A stretch of DNA of 64,000 nucleotides from an uncultured Pseudomonadota bacterium. GTDB taxonomy: Bacteria > Oederibacteriota > Muellerivitia > Muellerivitales > Muellerivitaceae. The notes beneath the pieces were generated by a model. The model made no database searches, was not told the origin of the DNA, and worked only from the letters and a program-made list of their open reading frames with translations. The stretch covers positions 192,001 through 256,000 of the forward strand of contig CAWJKT010000011.1 of assembly GCA_963843375.1 (NCBI GenBank), written 5' to 3'. This document shows, in pieces, positions 59,452 through 64,000 of the stretch. The position numbers were made by a program, and so were the translations under genes. Each line of letters begins with the position of its first letter. Positions within the stretch are counted from its first letter, which is position 1.

Positions 59452-60176
59452 CCCAGCCCCTTTTGGAAGTTAAAAATCTATCGGTTTTTTACGATGCTAT
59501 CCAGGCATTGAAGGGAATCAATTTAAGTGTCCCTAAGGGCTCGATCGTTTGTTTGATCGGCGCGAATGGGGCGGGGAAGTCCACAGTTCTTCGGGCCATC
59601 TCAGGAATTAAACGGCCCACCCAAGGGGAGATTCTTTTGAACGGCCTAAACATCACCGCTTTTGCTCCCCACGAACTGGTGAAAAAGGGAATTGTCCAAT
59701 GCCCCGAAGGTCGGGGGGTATTTCCCAACCTGACAGTTGAAGAGAACCTGGATTTGGGTGCCTATCCTTTCCATGACCGGCTTGAAATCCGTAAAGATCT
59801 GGAAAGGGTCTATGCCCTTTTTTCGCGGCTGAAAGAACGCCATGACCAAATGGCAGGCACCTTGTCGGGCGGGGAACAACAAATGCTGGCCATCGGCCGA
59901 GCGCTTATGGCCCGGCCCCTGTTATTGCTATTGGACGAGCCTTCCCTGGGTCTGGCTCCGCAGGTAACTGATCTTATTTTTGAAACCATTGAGAAAATCA
60001 ACCGGGCGGGGACAACGATTCTTTTGGTGGAACAAAACGCCCAATTGGCCCTGGAGGCTTCACGCACCGCCTATGTTCTTGAAACCGGGGAAATTCTTTT
60101 GGAGGGGGAAGCGGGGCAGATCCTTCAAAATCCAAAAGTCAAACAGGCTTATTTAGGCGAGTCCCTTTCCAAATAA
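59448..60176 (+). CDS. livF: Branched-chain amino acid ABC ATP-binding protein
   Basis: GANGAGKST, PEGR..F, LSGGEQQMLAIGRALM and DEPSLGLAP; ATGA overlap with livG. Confidence 0.88.
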   Translation: MTQPLLEVKNLSVFYDAIQALKGINLSVPKGSIVCLIGANGAGKSTVLRAISGIKRPTQGEILLNGLNITAFAPHELVKKGIVQCPEGRGVFPNLTVEENLDLGAYPFHDRLEIRKDLERVYALFSRLKERHDQMAGTLSGGEQQMLAIGRALMARPLLLLLDEPSLGLAPQVTDLIFETIEKINRAGTTILLVEQNAQLALEASRTAYVLETGEILLEGEAGQILQNPKVKQAYLGESLSK

Positions 60177-60269
60177 ACCCTTCAACGAACTTAACCTTAA
60201 TACGACAACCTGACGGATGACCCACTTCGAATATTTTGTTGATATAATTCAAACATTAAAAGGACGGGT

Positions 60270-60704
60270 ATGAATACTAAATTATGGTTGGGCTTTTTTT
60301 TATATTTATTCCTGGTTGTTAACGGAATCGCTTCCGCGCAAAACGATCATTTTCCTCAGTTCATGGAAAAGGGAAATCGAGCCTATAACGACCAAAAATA
60401 CGACTTGGCCATCGACTATTACCAATCCGCCATCGATGATAAGGAAGATTGCTGGCAAGCTTATGTGGGACTGGGTAACTGCGCTTTTTACCTGAAAAAA
60501 TACAAGGACGCCTTAAACTATTACGAGAAGGCTTATAAGCTGAACCCGGATAACGGCGAATTGTCGAAATTCGTTTATTACTTGCGGAACAAATTGGCAG
60601 TCGCCCCCACGCCTACCCCAATCCCTCGATGGGCACCCGCGCCCCTTCCCGGTTTAGCTCCGCTTCCACCTTTGGGCCCCGTAACGCCGCTAACAAGGCC
60701 CTAA
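60270..60704 (+). CDS. Secreted TPR protein with Pro-rich tail
   Basis: Signal peptide; YDLAI.YYQ...WQAY.GLGNC TPR. Confidence 0.8.
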   Translation: MNTKLWLGFFLYLFLVVNGIASAQNDHFPQFMEKGNRAYNDQKYDLAIDYYQSAIDDKEDCWQAYVGLGNCAFYLKKYKDALNYYEKAYKLNPDNGELSKFVYYLRNKLAVAPTPTPIPRWAPAPLPGLAPLPPLGPVTPLTRP

Positions 60705-60901
60705 AATCCCCCTAATTCTCTTTAACGGTCATTATTTGTTGATATAATTACCCGGCTTAGCTTCAGGCCTGTGATTCGCCATTATGAGTGCGGCTTTCAA
60801 CTTTTTTAACCGAATTTGGATTCACTAGGTTCCCGCGGCATTTCCAAAATCAAAAGTTGAGCCGTTCCATAACAATATTTAAATGGAAAAGGTGACTCAA
60901 A

Positions 60902-61939
60902 ATGAGAAAAACTAGATTGGCAGTGGCTTTGTTGATCGTTTTGATGGGATTGGCCTCAACGAACTGGGCCCAGCAGGACCCCGCGGCTCAAAATTTGATC
61001 GCCGCCAACGCGGCCTATGGGGCTAGAAATTACGACTTGGCCATCACCGATTACCAGGCTGCTTTGCAAAGCAATCCTAATTCCTGGCAAGCTTACATGG
61101 GAATAGGCAATTGTTATTACGTGAAGGGCGATAGCAACAACGCTTTGATGAATTACCAAAAGTCCTTGGCCCTTAATCCCAACAATCCCCACCTAGCCAG
61201 TTTGGCTCAAAGCATGCAGGCGACCGTCGCCGCTCCTAGCGCGGCTTCCACCCCAGCCATGACTTCTCCTGCCGCAACCACCGCTTCACCCGCCATCACC
61301 ACTGCGGCTCCCGCTGCTACTCCCCTTGCCACTGTGGTTTCTACTCCCGTTGCCGCTGTTGCTTTCAAACCGGCTGCCGCCTCCGTCAGTTCGGATAACG
61401 GAAAAGTGGTCCTCCAGGTCCAAGGCGGGTTGACGATCCCGACCAGCAGTGGTTTGTCGGATAATACCTCGGCCGGACCGGCCATTGAAGGTTTGATCGG
61501 CTACGCTTTTTCCAAGAATTTCACCTTGGGCTTGGAATGCGGGGTTGATGAATGGACCACACCGTCCACGAACAAAGCTTGGGGCGGGGTCGGGGGCCTC
61601 AATCACGTTCCCGTGGAAATGGTCGGCCAATTAAACATGGACACGGGTGGTTCGGTAACTCCCTTCGTGCTTCTGGGTGCCGGTGTTGCCTTTGACTATT
61701 CCTACAACAATCCCTTCTCCAACGACGAAAGTTGGGTGAATTTTGAACTGGATCCAGGGCTCGGCGTGGCCTTCAATCTCGCTAAGGACTTCAACCTCTT
61801 CGTTCAAGGCAAATTGGCTCTGGACTTCGCCTCCACCTCCGGGTTGACCGGCGAACTGATTCACGGCCCCAACAGTGCCGCATCGGACAGCCCGATTATT
61901 TCGATCCCCGTCCAATTGGGAGTGAATGTGTCCCTTTAA
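60902..61939 (+). CDS. TPR + linker + outer-membrane beta-barrel protein
   Basis: Signal peptide, TPR, Ala/Thr/Pro linker, barrel strands ending IPVQLGVNVSL. Confidence 0.78.
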   Translation: MRKTRLAVALLIVLMGLASTNWAQQDPAAQNLIAANAAYGARNYDLAITDYQAALQSNPNSWQAYMGIGNCYYVKGDSNNALMNYQKSLALNPNNPHLASLAQSMQATVAAPSAASTPAMTSPAATTASPAITTAAPAATPLATVVSTPVAAVAFKPAAASVSSDNGKVVLQVQGGLTIPTSSGLSDNTSAGPAIEGLIGYAFSKNFTLGLECGVDEWTTPSTNKAWGGVGGLNHVPVEMVGQLNMDTGGSVTPFVLLGAGVAFDYSYNNPFSNDESWVNFELDPGLGVAFNLAKDFNLFVQGKLALDFASTSGLTGELIHGPNSAASDSPIISIPVQLGVNVSL

Positions 61940-61961
61940 TCTTTATTCTTTCTTTGTTTTC

Positions 61962-61998
61962 AACCCCGCTTTCCTTTGGGAGGGCGGGGTTTTGTTTT
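61962..61998 (+). terminator. Intrinsic terminator
   Basis: AACCCCGCTTTCC...GGAGGGCGGGGTT followed by T-rich tail. Confidence 0.7.
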
Positions 61999-62252
61999 CT
62001 ACGGTTTTTTCGTCTAAAAATAAAAGGCCTAATAATGTCCATTTCATAACCCTTGACAGCCTTTATTTAACATTGACGTCCCTATTTTGTTGATATAATT
62101 ACGCCGCTTGTCTTACGGTTCATCGTTTGCCGACATGAATCCGCCATTCAATTCACTTTTGATGATTCCATTTGGATACCCCGGTTGCCACCGGTTCTTT
62201 CGAATCCAAAGGTTTAGCTGTTCCATTACTAAAATATGAAAAGGTGAGCGAT

Positions 62253-63233
62253 ATGAAAAAATTGAAATTCGCCGTGGCTGTGTTAATAGCTGTCATCGGG
62301 TTGGCCGCATCCGCCCGAAGCCAGGACCTGTCGGCGCAATATATGCAAGCGGGTAATACGGTTTATTCGCAAAAGAATTACGATCTGGCCATCCGTTATT
62401 ACCAGGGTGTCGTCCAAATCAATCCCAATTATTGGCAGGCCTACCAGGGAATGGGAAATTCCTATTACGGTAAGGGCGATACCGCCAATGCTTTGACGAA
62501 TTACCAAAAAGCGCTGGCCATCAATCCCAACAATCCCCAACTGGCGAGTTTTGTGCAAAGCCTGCAGGCCAGCGCCCCCGCTCCCGGCCCGGCTTCCAAC
62601 CCCTCTTCTTCCCCGGCACCGGCTTCAAGACCCATGAACAGCGCTTCGGCCGCAGCCAAGACTTTTGAAATCGATCCTATGGCAGGGATTGCGATCTCCA
62701 CCTCGGGCGGGTATAGCGTTGGATTTGGCGGCGGGGTAGCGGGTTATTTTCCCGCAGGCGGTGGTTTATTTCTCGGAGGATCACTGGGCTTTTATACTTT
62801 CAGCGCCTCCTCCTCCTCGGTGGATGAAGTTCCTCCCTATGGCAGCATCACCTCAGGGACCAGCAGCAATTGGACCAATATCGAAATTCTGGCCTCTGGA
62901 AAATACCGTTTGGAAGGCGGTAATGGCCTAACGCCCTACCTTTTGGGTGGAGCGGGTCTTTCATTGTTTGGTGTATCCAGCACAAGTTCAACCACGTACA
63001 ACTTCAATCCCCCTTACAACACCCCTGAATATGAAGATGAATTTCCAAATACAACTACTTCCGTTCCGGGCAGTTCCAGCATTTATCCCACGATTCAAGT
63101 GGGCGGTGGCGCGGAGATTTCATTGGGCCCCGACATGAATGCATTTGGGGAAGCCAAATATACTTTGATCATCGGCCAGGGCGGTACCGCTGGGTACATT
63201 CCCGTCGAAGTCGGTTTAAATATCAAAATTTAA
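62253..63233 (+). CDS. TPR + linker + outer-membrane beta-barrel protein (paralogue)
   Basis: TPR closely resembles that of 60902; ends IPVEVGLNIKI; AAGGTGA RBS before ATG 62253. Confidence 0.78.
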   Translation: MKKLKFAVAVLIAVIGLAASARSQDLSAQYMQAGNTVYSQKNYDLAIRYYQGVVQINPNYWQAYQGMGNSYYGKGDTANALTNYQKALAINPNNPQLASFVQSLQASAPAPGPASNPSSSPAPASRPMNSASAAAKTFEIDPMAGIAISTSGGYSVGFGGGVAGYFPAGGGLFLGGSLGFYTFSASSSSVDEVPPYGSITSGTSSNWTNIEILASGKYRLEGGNGLTPYLLGGAGLSLFGVSSTSSTTYNFNPPYNTPEYEDEFPNTTTSVPGSSSIYPTIQVGGGAEISLGPDMNAFGEAKYTLIIGQGGTAGYIPVEVGLNIKI

Positions 63234-63256
63234 CCCGGTTGATTTCCGTTTTAACC

Positions 63257-63289
63257 CCCGTTCCAACTTCTTGGAACGGGATTTTTTTT
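63257..63289 (+). terminator. Intrinsic terminator
   Basis: CCCGTTCCAA cttc TTGGAACGGG ATTTTTTTT. Confidence 0.75.
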
Positions 63290-63362
63290 ATGGCTTCCTG
63301 TCACTTGTGTTGCCCCTCTACCCCGCTTAAGATACTCCCCGCTTTGATCAAGGGAGTAGCTA

Positions 63363-64000
63363 TTGAATCCGTTTAAAGAAAACCGAATCCTCCGATTCTT
63401 GGGCTCCGTCCAGTTGGCCCTGCCCATGATTCTCATCCTGGCGGTCCTACTGGCTACGGGCACCATCGTGGAATCCCGATTTTCCACGCCTATCGCTAAA
63501 AGGTTCGTCTACGGCACTTGGTGGTTCGGGGGGTTCCTGGTACTGCTGGCCGTCAACCTCTTCTGTTCGGCCTTTTCCCGCTTTCCCTGGAAGAAATATC
63601 AAACCGGTTTCGTGATCACCCACTTGGGCATCATCTGCGTCCTGGCCGGCTCCCTGGTGACCCAGCAATTAGGAGTGGACGGCCAAATTGCCCTGAAGGA
63701 AGGGGAGCAAGGCCATGTTTTCCAGCAGGACAAGCCAAACCTCTATTATCAGTTCGGCGACGGGGCCATCGAAAAGCTGCCAGCTTCCTTTCCCATCCGG
63801 GCACCCAATCCCGACCATCCCCTTCTCGTCACCATGCCGGAAGGCGGGCTATTGATGGTGGACCAGTTTTACCTCAACGCCGAAAAGAGGGTCCGGGGCC
63901 GCGAGGCGGAACAAGGGGAGAAAGGCTATCCCTCCGTCCATTTGATCCTGAACAGCTCCTTCGTGAAAGAGAACCAATGGCTTTTCCTGGGGCATCCCGA
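63363..64000 (+). CDS. Cytochrome c biogenesis protein ResB/Ccs1-like, partial (runs off window)
   Basis: Manual translation from TTG 63363: ...LGSVQLA...GTIVES...VYGTWWF...NL.C...GFVITHLG...G.....EG; AGGGAG RBS. Confidence 0.75.
   Translation, partial: MNPFKENRILRFLGSVQLALPMILILAVLLATGTIVESRFSTPIAKRFVYGTWWFGGFLVLLAVNLFCSAFSRFPWKKYQTGFVITHLGIICVLAGSLVTQQLGVDGQIALKEGEQGHVFQQDKPNLYYQFGDGAIEKLPASFPIRAPNPDHPLLVTMPEGGLLMVDQFYLNAEKRVRGREAEQGEKGYPSVHLILNSSFVKENQWLFLGHP

Overview
Bacterial chromosomal window from a diderm organism (TonB receptor, outer-membrane beta-barrels, lipoproteins). The left part holds housekeeping genes: zwf-opcA-pgl and tkt, a PerR/Fur regulator with ahpC, a CrtC-like/GT2 pair and two tRNA-Ser genes. 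The centre is an approximately 19 kb integrative mobilizable element (14596-33554), bounded by a perfect 41-bp direct repeat that corresponds to the 5' half of tRNA-Ser(TGA). It carries a tyrosine integrase, an excisionase-like HTH, a Replic_Relax-type relaxase and a VirD4/TraD-like coupling protein, but no mating-pore genes. Its AT-rich cargo looks like defence genes: McrA-like HNH, Vsr, AlkA-like glycosylase, HNH nuclease plus GCCGGC-type C5 methyltransferase, GmrSD-like DUF262/DUF1524, RadC/JAB, Ser/Thr kinase and AbiEi/AbiEii. It also contains a tightly coupled operon I cannot assign to a named system: ECF sigma, an anti-sigma-like/SocA-YwgA-like fusion, a PD-(D/E)xK nuclease, a TGT-fold Zn protein, a small basic peptide and a mini-HNH. 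This operon is the best candidate for an undescribed system. The right part holds serS, ald, a beta-carbonic anhydrase variant, repeated beta-barrel plus NHL-lipoprotein modules, a TonB receptor, livG/livF, three TPR paralogues with a shared promoter, and a partial ResB-like gene. Several frameshifts in conserved genes suggest uncorrected indel errors in the assembly. All family calls come from motif recognition by eye; no database searches were run.
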